Below, piece by piece: positions 16,190 through 26,519 of a stretch of DNA of 64,000 bases (position 1 is its first letter; the number at the start of each line of letters is the position of its first letter). Under the pieces are notes generated by a model. It saw only the letters and a list, made by a program, of their open reading frames with translations, searched no databases and was not told the DNA's origin. A program made the translations under genes and the position numbers. The stretch is from Comamonas sp. (GTDB taxonomy: Bacteria; Pseudomonadota; Gammaproteobacteria; Burkholderiales; Burkholderiaceae_C), in NCBI RefSeq assembly GCF_036666375.1, contig NZ_JAVWWA010000017.1, positions 2,045-66,044 on the forward strand. The letters run 5' to 3'.

Positions 16190-17142
16190 CGCAGGACAGC
16201 ACCCGCCCCGAAGGCCTGGTCGTTGCGAGCCACGGCCGCCACTGCGTGGTCGAAGCCCCGGACGGCTCGCGCCGCATCTGTCACCCGCGCGGCAAGAAGA
16301 GCCAGGCCGTGGTCGGCGACCATGTGCGCTGGATCATGCCCAACGCGGGCCAGGGCGACGAAGGCACGATAGAAAAAGTGCTGCCGCGGCGCAACCTGTT
16401 CTACCGCCAGGACGAGATCCGCACCAAGTCGTTTGCGGCCAACATCGACCAGGTGCTGATCCTGATCGCGGCCGACCCGGTGTTTTCCGAAAGCCAGCTC
16501 GCGCGCGCGCTGATTGCCGCCGAAGCCTCGCACATCACGCCGCTGATCGCGCTCAACAAGAGCGATCTGGTCGAGCCGTTCGCGCGCGCCTGGGAACGGC
16601 TGCTGCCCTACCGCCACATGCGCCACGGCAGCGACCAGCTCAACTACGGCGTGCTGCCGCTGTCGCTGACCGAATCGAGCGAGACCGACCGCGCGGCGCT
16701 GATGCAGCACCTCAAGGGCAAGGCCACGCTGGTGCTGGGCCCCTCGGGCTCGGGCAAGAGCACGCTGATCAACCTGCTGATACCCGGCGCGCGCGCGCAG
16801 ACCGGCGAAATCTCCCAGGCCTTGAACTCGGGCAAGCACACCACGACCAGCACCACCTGGTACTGGGTCGACGAGGAGCGCCAGACCGCGCTGCTCGACT
16901 CGCCGGGATTCCAGGAGTTCGGCCTGCACCACATCGGCCCCATGGACCTCGCGCGCTGCATGCCCGACATAGGCGCACGCGCGGCCGACTGCAAGTTCTA
17001 CAACTGCACCCACCTGCATGAGCCAGGCTGCGCGGTGATGGCCGAAGTCGACGCCAAGGACAGCCCGCACCACATCAGCGCCAACCGCTACCGGATCTAC
17101 CAGGACCTGTTCGAGGAACTGAGCGCCGAGCGGCGCTACTGA
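16186..17142 (+). CDS. rsgA: Ribosome small subunit-dependent GTPase A
   Basis: NKSD, GPSGSGKS, GKHTTT, DSPG, C-terminal CKFYNCTHLHEPGC zinc site. Confidence 0.96.
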   Translation: MTQDSTRPEGLVVASHGRHCVVEAPDGSRRICHPRGKKSQAVVGDHVRWIMPNAGQGDEGTIEKVLPRRNLFYRQDEIRTKSFAANIDQVLILIAADPVFSESQLARALIAAEASHITPLIALNKSDLVEPFARAWERLLPYRHMRHGSDQLNYGVLPLSLTESSETDRAALMQHLKGKATLVLGPSGSGKSTLINLLIPGARAQTGEISQALNSGKHTTTSTTWYWVDEERQTALLDSPGFQEFGLHHIGPMDLARCMPDIGARAADCKFYNCTHLHEPGCAVMAEVDAKDSPHHISANRYRIYQDLFEELSAERRY

Positions 17143-17169
17143 AAAGCGCCCCATTGGGGGCGCAGGGAA

Positions 17170-18156
17170 CTAGCCCAGCAGGCGCGCCAGCGTCAGCAGT
17201 GCCAGCAGCAGCAGCCACACCACCACCGAGCGCCAGACCAGGCCCACCACGCTGCGCAGGTGGCTCAGCTCGGGCAGGCGGCCCGGTGTGGAGTCGCTGT
17301 CGTCGAAGTCGGCCTCGCCATCGAAGCCCGGCATCAGCGATGCGTCCTCGCGCGCCTTCAGCGCTTCGCCGCCCAGGCGCACGTTGATCGCGCCCGCCGT
17401 GGCGGCCAGCAGCACGCCGTCGTTGTCGTTGGGAAAGCGCTGCGCATGGAAGCGCCAGCCGTCGATCGCTTCCTCGAAGCTGCCGACCACCGCGAAGCTC
17501 AGCGCCGTGAGGCGCGCGGGCAGCCAGTCGATCCACATCCAGGCCTGGCGCGCCGCGCTTTGCAGGCGCTCGCTCACGGGCTGGGCGCCCATGAAGCCCT
17601 GGCGCGACCAGTAGCGCGAAACGAACTCGGCCGAACGGTACAGCACCGCACCCATGGGCCCCAGGCCCAGCGCCGCGAGCGCCGAATACCAGAACAGCAC
17701 GCCGAACACATGGCGGTGGGCCGCGAGCACCGAGTACTCGATCACATGGCGCACCACCTGGCTGCGCGGCACCTCGGTGGTGTCGACCTGCTGCCATTGG
17801 GCGAGTTCTTCGCGCGCGGTGAATTCATCGGCCCCTTCGAGCGCATCGCGGATGCGCGTGAAATGGTGGCTGAACTGCCGAAAGCCCAGCGTCACGTAGA
17901 GCACGGCAACATTCCAGACCAGGGCCAGCGGCCAGCCCACAAGCCACGTCAGCAACAGGTGCACGCCCAGGGCGAGCAACGCCGGAGCCAGCACGGCAAG
18001 GCCCCAGGCGACCCAGCCGTGATACGACTGGCCTGCATCGAAATTGCGGCGCACGGAGACGGTCCAGGCGCGCAATCCCGCGTGAACGGCATTGCTGCGG
18101 GCCAGCGGGCGGGCCTGCTCGATCAGCAAGGCAAACAGGATGGCGAAGAAACTCAT
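17170..18156 (-). CDS. CobD/CbiB family membrane protein (AmpE-like)
   Basis: HRHVFGVLFW, AVLYR, WLPARLTALSFAVVGSFE. Confidence 0.8.
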   Translation of the reverse strand: MSFFAILFALLIEQARPLARSNAVHAGLRAWTVSVRRNFDAGQSYHGWVAWGLAVLAPALLALGVHLLLTWLVGWPLALVWNVAVLYVTLGFRQFSHHFTRIRDALEGADEFTAREELAQWQQVDTTEVPRSQVVRHVIEYSVLAAHRHVFGVLFWYSALAALGLGPMGAVLYRSAEFVSRYWSRQGFMGAQPVSERLQSAARQAWMWIDWLPARLTALSFAVVGSFEEAIDGWRFHAQRFPNDNDGVLLAATAGAINVRLGGEALKAREDASLMPGFDGEADFDDSDSTPGRLPELSHLRSVVGLVWRSVVVWLLLLALLTLARLLG

Positions 18157-18216
18157 GCGGCCATCATACTTTGCCTCTGCAACAGGTGGACCTCAACTCG
18201 CCAGGGTCGGAGCTTT

Positions 18217-18924
18217 TCAAGCCTGCATGAAGCGATAGAAGTTGCGCAACATGCCCGCGGTGGCGCCCCAGATATAGCGCTGCACGGCGCCGTCCTGGTA
18301 GGGCATGGACAACCATTCGCGCCGTCCTTCGGGGCGATCGAGCGCATGGCGCTGGTGGTTGGCGGGGTCGAGCACGAAGGCCAGCGGCACCTCGAACAGG
18401 TCCGCCACCTCATAGGGGTTGGGCTGGTAGCGCGCATCGGCCGGCACCAGGCCCACGACCGGCGTCACGACAAAGCCGGTGCCGGTCACGTAGGGCGGCA
18501 GATTGCCCAGCACTTCAACCAGCGCCGGGTCCAGGCCGACCTCTTCCTGGGCTTCGCGCAGCGCCGTCGCGGTCGCATCCGCATCCTCGGGGTCGCGCTT
18601 GCCGCCCGGAAACGCCACCTGGCCCGAATGCGCGGACAGATGGAGCGTGCGCTCGGTCAGCAGCACCATGGGCTCGGCGCGCTGCACGATGGCGATCAGC
18701 ACCGCGGCTTCGGCCGGCGCGCGGTCGGACAAGCGGCGTTCGCGTTCGATCTCGGGCGACCACAGCGGCGGCGCCGCGAAGCGGTGGCGCAGCGCCTGCG
18801 CCGTCTGCGCGCTTGCGGGCACGGCGGGCAGATGGCTGTCCACCGCCAGCACCGGCACCGAACGCGGATCGAAGCCCGGCGCCAGGAGGCTGGGGCGGGG
18901 AGAAACCGAGGTAGAAGGGAGCAC
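18217..18924 (-). CDS. CoA pyrophosphatase (NudL-like Nudix hydrolase)
   Basis: LTERTLHLSAHSGQVAFPGG, ALREAQEEVG Nudix box, IWGATAGML; GTG start is inferred. Confidence 0.9.
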   Translation of the reverse strand: MLPSTSVSPRPSLLAPGFDPRSVPVLAVDSHLPAVPASAQTAQALRHRFAAPPLWSPEIERERRLSDRAPAEAAVLIAIVQRAEPMVLLTERTLHLSAHSGQVAFPGGKRDPEDADATATALREAQEEVGLDPALVEVLGNLPPYVTGTGFVVTPVVGLVPADARYQPNPYEVADLFEVPLAFVLDPANHQRHALDRPEGRREWLSMPYQDGAVQRYIWGATAGMLRNFYRFMQA

Positions 18925-18966
18925 AGACCTGTCCCGGAAAAAATGCGGAGCGCCCGCAAAAATAAA

Positions 18967-18996
18967 AAAGCCGCTACAGCGAACTGTAGCGGCTTT
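18967..18996 (-). terminator. Terminator after rplS
   Basis: AAAGCCGCTACAG-CGAA-CTGTAGCGGCTTT hairpin with an A-run on the left (T-run on the minus strand). Confidence 0.85.
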
Positions 18997-19015
18997 CCCG
19001 AAGCGCCTAGGCGAT

Positions 19016-19420
<405 letters not shown>

Positions 19421-19555
19421 GGTTACATCCAACGATCTTGTCCGCGCCACAATTGGCAAGCACCGGGATTGGTGCTGTATGGCTGCATTGCTTGCCCAGA
19501 GCTATGAGCTCGGGCTCCTCGAATGCAGCGGCCGGCAGAGGATCGACAGCCCTCG

Positions 19556-19583
19556 ATTATAGCCCGTCTGCTATTTTTGCCAA
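19556..19583 (-). promoter_or_regulatory. Putative sigma70 promoter for rplS overlapping the end of trmD
   Basis: Minus strand TTGGCA (19583-19578), 16 nt spacer, TATAAT (19561-19556). Confidence 0.55.
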
Positions 19584-20324
19584 AACTGCTTCGTCCTTGC
19601 GGGTCAGATGCCCGGCTTCGCGCGCCTGGGCCAGCAGATCGGGCCGGTTGCGCGCCGTGATCTCCAGGCTCTGGTCGCGGCGCCAGCGCTCGATCAGCGC
19701 GTGGTGGCCCGACATCAGCACCGGCGGCACTTCCTGGCCCTGCCAGACTTCGGGACGCGTGTAATGCGGGCAGTCGAGCAGGCCGTTGAGGCTGGGGTTG
19801 AAGCTGTCGAGCTGGTGACTGCCTTCGTCGTTGAGCACGCCGGGCTGCAGCCGCGTGACCGCGTCGAGCAGAGCCATGGCGGCGATTTCGCCGCCGGACA
19901 GCACGAAGTCGCCCAGGCTGATCTGCGCGTTCACATGGGTGTCGATGAAACGCTGGTCAATGCCTTCATAGCGGCCGCACAGCAGGATCGCGCCCGGGCC
20001 TTGCGCCCAATGCTCCACCGAGGGGTGGTCGAGCTTCTTGCCAATGGGCGAGAACAGCACCAGCGGCGCCTGTGCGTCCGGGCCTTCTGCGCGGTCGGCA
20101 CGGATGGCATCCAGGCAGGCCTGCAGCGGCTCGGCCATCATCACCATGCCCGGGCCGCCGCCGAACGGCCGGTCGTCGACGCGGCGGTAATTGCCCTGAG
20201 CGAAATCGCGCGGATTCCACAGCCGTACCTTGACCTGCTCCGAGGAATAGGCGCGGCGCGTGACGCCGCTGGCGAGAAACGGCGCGAACAGCTCCGGAAA
20301 CAAGGTGATGATGTCAAAACGCAT
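19557..20324 (-). CDS. trmD: tRNA (guanine37-N1)-methyltransferase
   Basis: MRFDIITLFPE, DDRPFGGGPGMVM, CGRYEGIDQR, SLGDFVLSGGE. Confidence 0.98.
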   Translation of the reverse strand: MRFDIITLFPELFAPFLASGVTRRAYSSEQVKVRLWNPRDFAQGNYRRVDDRPFGGGPGMVMMAEPLQACLDAIRADRAEGPDAQAPLVLFSPIGKKLDHPSVEHWAQGPGAILLCGRYEGIDQRFIDTHVNAQISLGDFVLSGGEIAAMALLDAVTRLQPGVLNDEGSHQLDSFNPSLNGLLDCPHYTRPEVWQGQEVPPVLMSGHHALIERWRRDQSLEITARNRPDLLAQAREAGHLTRKDEAVLAKIADGL

Positions 20325-20375
20325 GGCTTGGACCCTTCCTGCACGGCATGGGCAGCGTCAACGAAACACAGGCCA

Positions 20376-20945
20376 TCAATAATCCGTTTGCCAGTCGACC
20401 GTGATGCGACGCTCCGACAGTTCGACCTTGTCCACATAGGCCGACACAAACGGGATCATGCGCTCCAGCGTTTTCCCATCTTCCTCGTAGGCAATCACCA
20501 GCACGGTCTGCGGACCGGTCGACATCAGGTCCTTGACCTGGCCCAGCACCAGGCCTTCGCGGTTGATCACGTCCAGGCCCAGCAGGTCGACCCAGTAGTA
20601 CTCGTCTTCGGCGGCCTGGGGAAACTCGGCGCGCGAGACAAAAATGCGTGCGCCCTTGAGCGCTTCGGCCGCCGTGCGGTCGGCCACGGCCTCGGCGGTG
20701 GCGACAATGGAGCCCGAATGCTCGCGCGACTGCTTGACCGGCATCAGCACGGTGCCGGTGAACGTGCGCGCGCCGCGCTCGGACGGCTGCAGAAACCATT
20801 GCTTGGAAGACAGCAGCACTTCGGCGTCGGCACTGAAAGGCAGCACCTTGAACCATCCCTTGACACCCCAGGCGTCCGCAATGCGGCCGACCTCTACGGC
20901 GTCGGCAGGCAGTTGAGCGGGTTCGAAGACAGGAAAAAGGGCCAT
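20376..20945 (-). CDS. rimM: Ribosome maturation factor RimM
   Basis: VGRIADAWGVKGWFKV, DEYYWVDLLGL, MIPFVSAYV; located between rpsP and trmD. Confidence 0.96.
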   Translation of the reverse strand: MALFPVFEPAQLPADAVEVGRIADAWGVKGWFKVLPFSADAEVLLSSKQWFLQPSERGARTFTGTVLMPVKQSREHSGSIVATAEAVADRTAAEALKGARIFVSRAEFPQAAEDEYYWVDLLGLDVINREGLVLGQVKDLMSTGPQTVLVIAYEEDGKTLERMIPFVSAYVDKVELSERRITVDWQTDY

Positions 20946-20965
20946 GGTGCTAAATCTTGATAAAC

Positions 20966-21009
20966 AAAAAAAGGCGGGTTCCGCAAGCATAAGCCACGGA
21001 ACCCGCCTT
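20966..21009 (-). terminator. Terminator/attenuator between rpsP and rimM
   Basis: 13-bp stem AAGGCGGGTTCCG / CGGAACCCGCCTT followed by a T-run on the minus strand. Confidence 0.7.
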
Positions 21010-21024
21010 CAGGGAAGCGTCAGA

Positions 21025-21276
21025 TTAAGCAGCTGCCTTGGAGGCTTGCTTGATCAGGCGGTCCACCGTAGGCGACGATTGTGCGCCCACGCTCTTCCAG
21101 TACGTCAGACGGTCTTGCGCAATGCGCAGACCTTCTTCGCCGCCACGTGCGGTTGGGTTGTAGAAACCCAGACGCTCGATGAAGGCGCCATCACGGCGGG
21201 TGCGCTTGTCAGCCACAACGATGTTATAGAAAGGACGGGCCTTGGAGCCGCCGCGAGAAAGTCGAATGACGACCAT
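21025..21276 (-). CDS. rpsP: 30S ribosomal protein S16
   Basis: [39 protein letters not shown]. Confidence 0.98.
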   Translation of the reverse strand: MVVIRLSRGGSKARPFYNIVVADKRTRRDGAFIERLGFYNPTARGGEEGLRIAQDRLTYWKSVGAQSSPTVDRLIKQASKAAA

Positions 21277-21400
21277 AATTTATCCTTTGGGTGGTTTGCA
21301 GCAATTGCTGCAATGTTTTCTGCCACGTTGAGACACGCGACATGGCCACCCGGCCAGCGACACGCAGCAAAGCTCACGATTATATCGACTTCTTTCATTT

Positions 21401-21934
21401 ATGCCTAATATCCGCACCAGCCACGAGTCAGACATCCCTGCAATCACCGCAATCTACCGCCACCACGTGCTGCATGGCACGGGCACTTTCGAGATTGACC
21501 CGCCCAACGAGCAGGACATGACTGCACGCCGCGCCGATGTGCTTTCGCGCGGCCTGCCCTACCTCGTGGCCGAAGGTGACGACGGCCGGATCCTGGGATT
21601 CAGCTACGCCAACTGGTTCAAGCCGCGGCCCGCCTACCGCTTCTCGGCCGAGGACTCGATCTATGTGGCGGATTCCGCACGCGGCCAGGGCGTGGGCCGG
21701 TTGCTGCTGCAGGCGCTTTGCGACCAGGCGCAGGCCGCGGGCGTGCGCAAGCTGCTGGCGGTGATCGGCGACTCGGCCAACGCCGGCTCCATCGGCGTGC
21801 ACCGCGCGGCAGGCTTCAGCGAAATCGGCGTGATGCGCTCCATGGGCTGGAAGTTCGACCGCTGGCTCGACATCGTGCTGATGGAAAAGACGCTGGGCGA
21901 AGGCGACACCACGGCGCCGGTCGACAAGGCGTAA
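21401..21934 (+). CDS. GNAT N-acetyltransferase (Pat/MddA, phosphinothricin acetyltransferase-like)
   Basis: GTGTFEIDPP, AYRFSAEDSIYV, RGQGVGRLL, GWKFDRWLD. Confidence 0.9.
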   Translation: MPNIRTSHESDIPAITAIYRHHVLHGTGTFEIDPPNEQDMTARRADVLSRGLPYLVAEGDDGRILGFSYANWFKPRPAYRFSAEDSIYVADSARGQGVGRLLLQALCDQAQAAGVRKLLAVIGDSANAGSIGVHRAAGFSEIGVMRSMGWKFDRWLDIVLMEKTLGEGDTTAPVDKA

Positions 21935-21977
21935 TCCCGGGCTAGCCGGGCCGGGGCTTCGCACCAATAATGGCCGC

Positions 21978-22433
21978 ATGAAAAGCAAGACCCTGGCCGC
22001 GTGGTTGGCCTTCCTCGGCGGGCCGCTGGGCCTGCACCGTTTCTACCTGTTCGGCCTGGGCGACTGGCGCGGCTGGCTGCTGCCGCTGCCCACGGCGCTG
22101 GGCATCTATGGCATTCAGCGCGTGCAGCAACTGGGCCAGGATGACCAACTCAGCTGGCTGCTGATTCCGCTGCTGGGCTTCACCATCGCCGGCTGCGCGC
22201 TGCGCGCCATCCTGTACGGCCTGACGCCGGCCGACGCCTGGAACGCACGCTTCAACCCTGGCGCGAGCGCCGACGCCGCCCCAGGCCGCACCCATTGGTT
22301 CACGGTGTTCGGCATAGGTCTGTCGCTGATGATGGGTGCCACGGTGCTCATGGCCAGCCTGGCCTACAGCTTTCAGCATTACTTCGAGTATCAGATCGAG
22401 GAAGCGCGCAGGATTTCCCAGCCGCAGAACTGA
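21978..22433 (+). CDS. TM2/NINE domain membrane protein
   Basis: KSKTLAAWLAFLGGPLGLHRFYL. Confidence 0.85.
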   Translation: MKSKTLAAWLAFLGGPLGLHRFYLFGLGDWRGWLLPLPTALGIYGIQRVQQLGQDDQLSWLLIPLLGFTIAGCALRAILYGLTPADAWNARFNPGASADAAPGRTHWFTVFGIGLSLMMGATVLMASLAYSFQHYFEYQIEEARRISQPQN

Positions 22434-22437
22434 AATG

Positions 22438-22470
22438 AAAAAAGCCGCCGCCCCAGAGGACGACGGCTTT
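22438..22470. terminator. Probable bidirectional terminator between the TM2 and Pit genes
   Basis: AAAGCCG...CGGCTTT imperfect hairpin between convergent genes. Confidence 0.55.
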
Positions 22471-22490
22471 CATATGGGTGCGGCGCAAGA

Positions 22491-23501
22491 TCAGAAGATC
22501 TGCAGGCTGACCCAATAGGCAATCGAGGCGACAAACGCGCTGGCCGGAATGGTCAGCACCCAGGCCCAGATGATGTTGCCGGCCACGCCCCAGCGCACCG
22601 CGCTGGCACGCTGGGTCGAGCCCACGCCCACGATGGCACCGGTGATGGTGTGCGTGGTCGAGACCGGCACGCCCATGGCCGTGGCGATGAACAGCGTCAG
22701 CGCGCCACCGCTTTCGGCGCAGAAGCCGCCCACGGGCTTGAGCTTGGTGATTTTCTGGCCCATGGTCTTGACGATGCGCCAGCCACCGAACATCGTGCCC
22801 AGGCCAATGGCGATGTAGCAGGAAATGATGGTCCAGGTAGGCGGCGAAGCGTCGTTGACGCTGGTGTAGCCCGTGGCGATCAGCAGCAGCCAGATGATGC
22901 CAATGGTCTTTTGCGCATCATTGCCGCCGTGACCCAGGCTGTAGGCACCGGCCGAAACCAGCTGCAGCCGCCGGAACCACTTGTCGACCTTGTTGGGTCT
23001 GGCGCGGCGGCAGATCCAGGCGACCAGCACCATCATCAGCGAACCGAGCAGATAGCCCAGCAGCGGCGACACAAAGATGAAGGCCACGGTCTTCCAGATG
23101 CCGCTGGCGATCAGCGAGCCAGCACCCGCCTTGGCAATCACTGCACCGACGATGCCGCCGATCAGCGCATGCGAGGAGCTGCTGGGAATGCCGTAGTACC
23201 AGGTGATCAGGTTCCAGGCGATCGCGCCGACGAGCGCGCCGAACACCACATGGGTGTCGACGATGCCCGGCTGCACAATGCCCTTGCCCACCGTCGCGGC
23301 AACGCTCAGGTGGAACACGAAGATCGCGACGACATTGAAGAAGGCGGCAAAGACCACGGCCTGCGCGGGTTTGAGCACGCCGGTGGAGACGACGGTCGCA
23401 ATCGAGTTGGCCGCGTCGTGAAAGCCGTTCATGAAATCGAACAGCAAGGCCAGCGCCACCAGCAAGACCACGACCCAGAGGGCGGCTTGTACGGTTTCCA
23501 T
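22491..23501 (-). CDS. Inorganic phosphate transporter (PiT family)
   Basis: NGFHDAANSIAT, PSSSSHALIGG, GHGGNDAQK, PVSTTH. Confidence 0.95.
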   Translation of the reverse strand: METVQAALWVVVLLVALALLFDFMNGFHDAANSIATVVSTGVLKPAQAVVFAAFFNVVAIFVFHLSVAATVGKGIVQPGIVDTHVVFGALVGAIAWNLITWYYGIPSSSSHALIGGIVGAVIAKAGAGSLIASGIWKTVAFIFVSPLLGYLLGSLMMVLVAWICRRARPNKVDKWFRRLQLVSAGAYSLGHGGNDAQKTIGIIWLLLIATGYTSVNDASPPTWTIISCYIAIGLGTMFGGWRIVKTMGQKITKLKPVGGFCAESGGALTLFIATAMGVPVSTTHTITGAIVGVGSTQRASAVRWGVAGNIIWAWVLTIPASAFVASIAYWVSLQIF

Positions 23502-23523
23502 TATTTCAGGACTCCGCGCCGTA

Positions 23524-24171
23524 TCAGGAATTCTCGAGGACGATGCCCTCGATGTGATTGGCCACGTCCTCACACTTGTCGGTGATGGTTTCGAGCAGTT
23601 CGTAGATCGCCTTGAGCTTGATCACTTCACGCACATCGGGCTCTTCACGGAACAGCTTGCTCATGGCCGAGCGCATCACGCGGTCGGCATCGGATTCGAG
23701 GCGGTCGATTTCCTCGCAGGTCTTGAGCGCGGCTTCGGCGGTGTTGGCGTCGGAGATGCGGTCCAGCATCTTGACGGCATCGCGCACGCGCTCGCAGCAC
23801 CTGACGTTCAGGTCGGTCAGGCGCTTGATTTCGTCTGTCATATGACGCACGTCATAAAGCGCCATGGTTTCAGCCGAGTCCTGGATCAGGTCGGCAACGT
23901 CGTCCATGGTGTTGATCAGCGAGTGGATCTGCTCACGGTCCAGGGGCGTGATGAAGGTCCGGTGCAAGGCCTTGTTCACGTCGTGGGTCACACGGTCGGC
24001 AGCGCGCTCGGCGTTGTCGACGTCCTGTCCATACTTTTCACGCAGATGCAGGTCGTTGTAGTTCGCCACCAGCTGCGAGAACGCATGCGCGGCTTCGACA
24101 ATGCGATCCGCGTGCTGGTTGAACATTTCAAAAAAATTACCTTCGCGTGGCAGCAGCTTGCCAAATAGCAT
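23524..24171 (-). CDS. DUF47 / PhoU-like phosphate transport regulator
   Basis: ERAADRVTH, FITPLDREQI, LESDAD, DKCEDVAN; adjacent to the Pit gene. Confidence 0.93.
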   Translation of the reverse strand: MLFGKLLPREGNFFEMFNQHADRIVEAAHAFSQLVANYNDLHLREKYGQDVDNAERAADRVTHDVNKALHRTFITPLDREQIHSLINTMDDVADLIQDSAETMALYDVRHMTDEIKRLTDLNVRCCERVRDAVKMLDRISDANTAEAALKTCEEIDRLESDADRVMRSAMSKLFREEPDVREVIKLKAIYELLETITDKCEDVANHIEGIVLENS

Positions 24172-24640
24172 GGGATTCCTTACCAGGGTTTCTGACGGGC
24201 ACGCAGGCGAACATACACACACACGAATGCTGGGCAGGGGCTTGCCGGCGTCAACGGGGCGAAGTGTACTCCGGGCAATGTAATAGTCTCGTAATCGAAC
24301 GCATATGCGATGAATGAGCGCTTGCGCAAACCTTGCCGCCCTCGGCGCCGGGAGCTGAATATCAAGGCGGGCTGCGGCTTGCGGCGCTGTTAGTCATAAA
24401 ACCAACAGCCCGAAAAAGCCAGAAAGGGTCGGCGTGGAACACCCCGAATGTGACAGGCTTCAGCGTAGATTTTCACTCAAAAGACGAAAATATGTCATAA
24501 GCCGTTGCACGATTTGTGCCAGATTGCGCACAACCGAAAAAAATCGCAAAAAAACACGTTGAATCGCGCAGGGTCGAATCGATTCGCGAGTGCATTTAAT
24601 GCAAACCGAAGCGGTTCAGCGCAATCCTGGAAGTGAAAGT

Positions 24641-25657
24641 TCAAGGCAAATGGGAAACCTGCGCGGGCTGCACCCGGCTCGGCGCTTGCGTTGCAATGGA
24701 GGCGCTGACCGAACGCAGCGCTGCCGCAAACACATTCACCTCGTCGTATTCAGCGCCCGACTCGCGCCGGAACAGCGTGATCGGCGGCAGGCTCCAGTCA
24801 AAACGATGCGCCACAATGGCCACGCCCGCAATGCGCACCAGTTCCTCGGCCACATCGAGAGGCACGATGGACACCGCGCGCTCATTGGCGGCCACCAGCT
24901 CGCCAATCAGCTTGGCCGACAGGCTTTCGACAAACGGCGGCGGCGGCTTGACGCCGGCGCGCAAGAAAAAATCGGTGATCTGCTCGCGCATGGGCGTGCT
25001 GCGCGGCCCCAGCACCCAATCCAGCCCGGTCAGCTCATTCCACTGCAGCGGCCGCCGCGCCAGCCGCGCCGCCAGGCGGCGGTGGGCAATGAGGCGGGGT
25101 TCCTGCGCATACAGGATCTCATGGCGCAGCTGCGACATGTCGAGCACCGCCGATGTGCGGCCGATCACGCAGTCAAGCGCGTGCGCGCGCAGCTTCTGCA
25201 GCAGTTGGTCGCTGGTGTCTTCATACAGCGTGACCGTGACTTCCCGGCCTTGCGCGCGGGTGCGCGCTATGGCCGCCGCGAGCAGCTTGCCCGGCAGGAA
25301 AGGAATCACGCCCACATGCAGGTGCGCCGCGCGTCCCTGGCCCACGGCCTCGATGTCATCGGCCCAGTGCCGCAGATCGGCCAGCATGGTCTCGCAGCGC
25401 GACAGCACCAGCTCCCCGGTCGGCGTGGGCACCATGCCCTGCGAAGTGCGCTGGAACAGCGGCGCGCCAAACAGCGCCTCGAGCTCCGCCAGGCTCTGGG
25501 TCACGGCGGGCTGGCTGGTCGCCATCTGCTCGGCCACCCGGGTCAGCGAGCGGTGCGCGCGGATCGCCTGCAGCAGCAGCAGGTGCTTCATCCGAAGGCG
25601 CGTGGCCAGGCGCTGGGCCAGTCCCGTGGCGGGTAGATCCGAAATGCGTGACGACAT
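24641..25657 (-). CDS. LysR family transcriptional regulator
   Basis: RLRMKHLLLL...SLTRVAEQMATSQPAVTQSLAELE...LFQRTSQGMVPT; the start could also be 25669 or 25690. Confidence 0.92.
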   Translation of the reverse strand: MSSRISDLPATGLAQRLATRLRMKHLLLLQAIRAHRSLTRVAEQMATSQPAVTQSLAELEALFGAPLFQRTSQGMVPTPTGELVLSRCETMLADLRHWADDIEAVGQGRAAHLHVGVIPFLPGKLLAAAIARTRAQGREVTVTLYEDTSDQLLQKLRAHALDCVIGRTSAVLDMSQLRHEILYAQEPRLIAHRRLAARLARRPLQWNELTGLDWVLGPRSTPMREQITDFFLRAGVKPPPPFVESLSAKLIGELVAANERAVSIVPLDVAEELVRIAGVAIVAHRFDWSLPPITLFRRESGAEYDEVNVFAAALRSVSASIATQAPSRVQPAQVSHLP

Positions 25658-25662
25658 AAGAA

Positions 25663-25686
25663 AATTCATATCGATATATATGAATT
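25663..25686. promoter_or_regulatory. Putative operator of the divergent LysR/TauE pair
   Basis: Perfect inverted repeat AATTCATAT-N6-ATATGAATT. Confidence 0.5.
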
Positions 25687-25748
25687 CCAAATTATCTACT
25701 TATGAGCCAGCCGGACAATCACCCCCATCAAGACAAGGGGAGAGAACA

Positions 25749-26516
25749 ATGGAACAGGTCTATGTCTGGGCGGCCGTGGGAGCGATCGCTGCGGGCTTTG
25801 TGCAGGGGCTGTCGGGCTTTGCCTTTGGCATGGTGGCGATGTCCTTCTGGGTCTGGACGCTGGAGCCGCGACTGACCGCAGCACTGACGGTGTTCGGCGC
25901 GCTGACCGGCCAGATCATTGCCGCGTTGAGCGTGCGGCGCGGCTTTGACTGGAAGCTGCTGCTGCCGTTCGTGCTCGGCGGCCTGGCAGGCGTTCCATTG
26001 GGCGTGGCGGTTCTTCCGCACCTGAGCATCCATTGGTTCAAGCTGCTGCTGGGCACGCTGCTGGTGATCTGGTGTCCCTGCATGCTGTTTGCCGGCAAGC
26101 TGCCCCGATGGAAGGCCGGCGGTCGCCTGGGCGATGCCGTGGCCGGCATGGTGGGCGGCGTGATGGGCGGAATCGGCGGCATGACCGGCGCCGTGCCCAC
26201 GCTGTGGTGCACGCTCAAGGGCTTCGACAAGGACGCGCAGCGCGCGGTGATCCAGAACTTCAACCTGTCCATGCTGCTGGTCACCATGGGAACCTATCTC
26301 GCCACCGGCATCGTCACCCGCGACATGCTGCCCTTTTTCGCCATCGTTGCCCCGGCAATGCTGGTGCCCACGCTACTGGGCGCGAAACTCTATGTGCGGC
26401 TGAGCGAAGCGCATTTTCGCCAGATGGTGCTGCTGCTGCTCACCAGCTCGGGCATCGCGCTGATGGCCTCGGCCCTGCCCCATTTCCTTGGCGCCAGCAC
26501 GCTGGGCCCGGGTTGA
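25749..26516 (+). CDS. Sulfite exporter TauE/SafE family permease
   Basis: AGFVQGLSGFAFG, GGIGGMTG pseudo-repeat, about 8 TM helices; GGGGAG RBS. Confidence 0.9.
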   Translation: MEQVYVWAAVGAIAAGFVQGLSGFAFGMVAMSFWVWTLEPRLTAALTVFGALTGQIIAALSVRRGFDWKLLLPFVLGGLAGVPLGVAVLPHLSIHWFKLLLGTLLVIWCPCMLFAGKLPRWKAGGRLGDAVAGMVGGVMGGIGGMTGAVPTLWCTLKGFDKDAQRAVIQNFNLSMLLVTMGTYLATGIVTRDMLPFFAIVAPAMLVPTLLGAKLYVRLSEAHFRQMVLLLLTSSGIALMASALPHFLGASTLGPG

Positions 26517-26519
26517 GGC

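Noticed and set aside
24380-24510. Pho box upstream of the Pit operon
   Set aside because: Only isolated GTCAT/CTGTCAC half-sites, without the 11-bp tandem spacing
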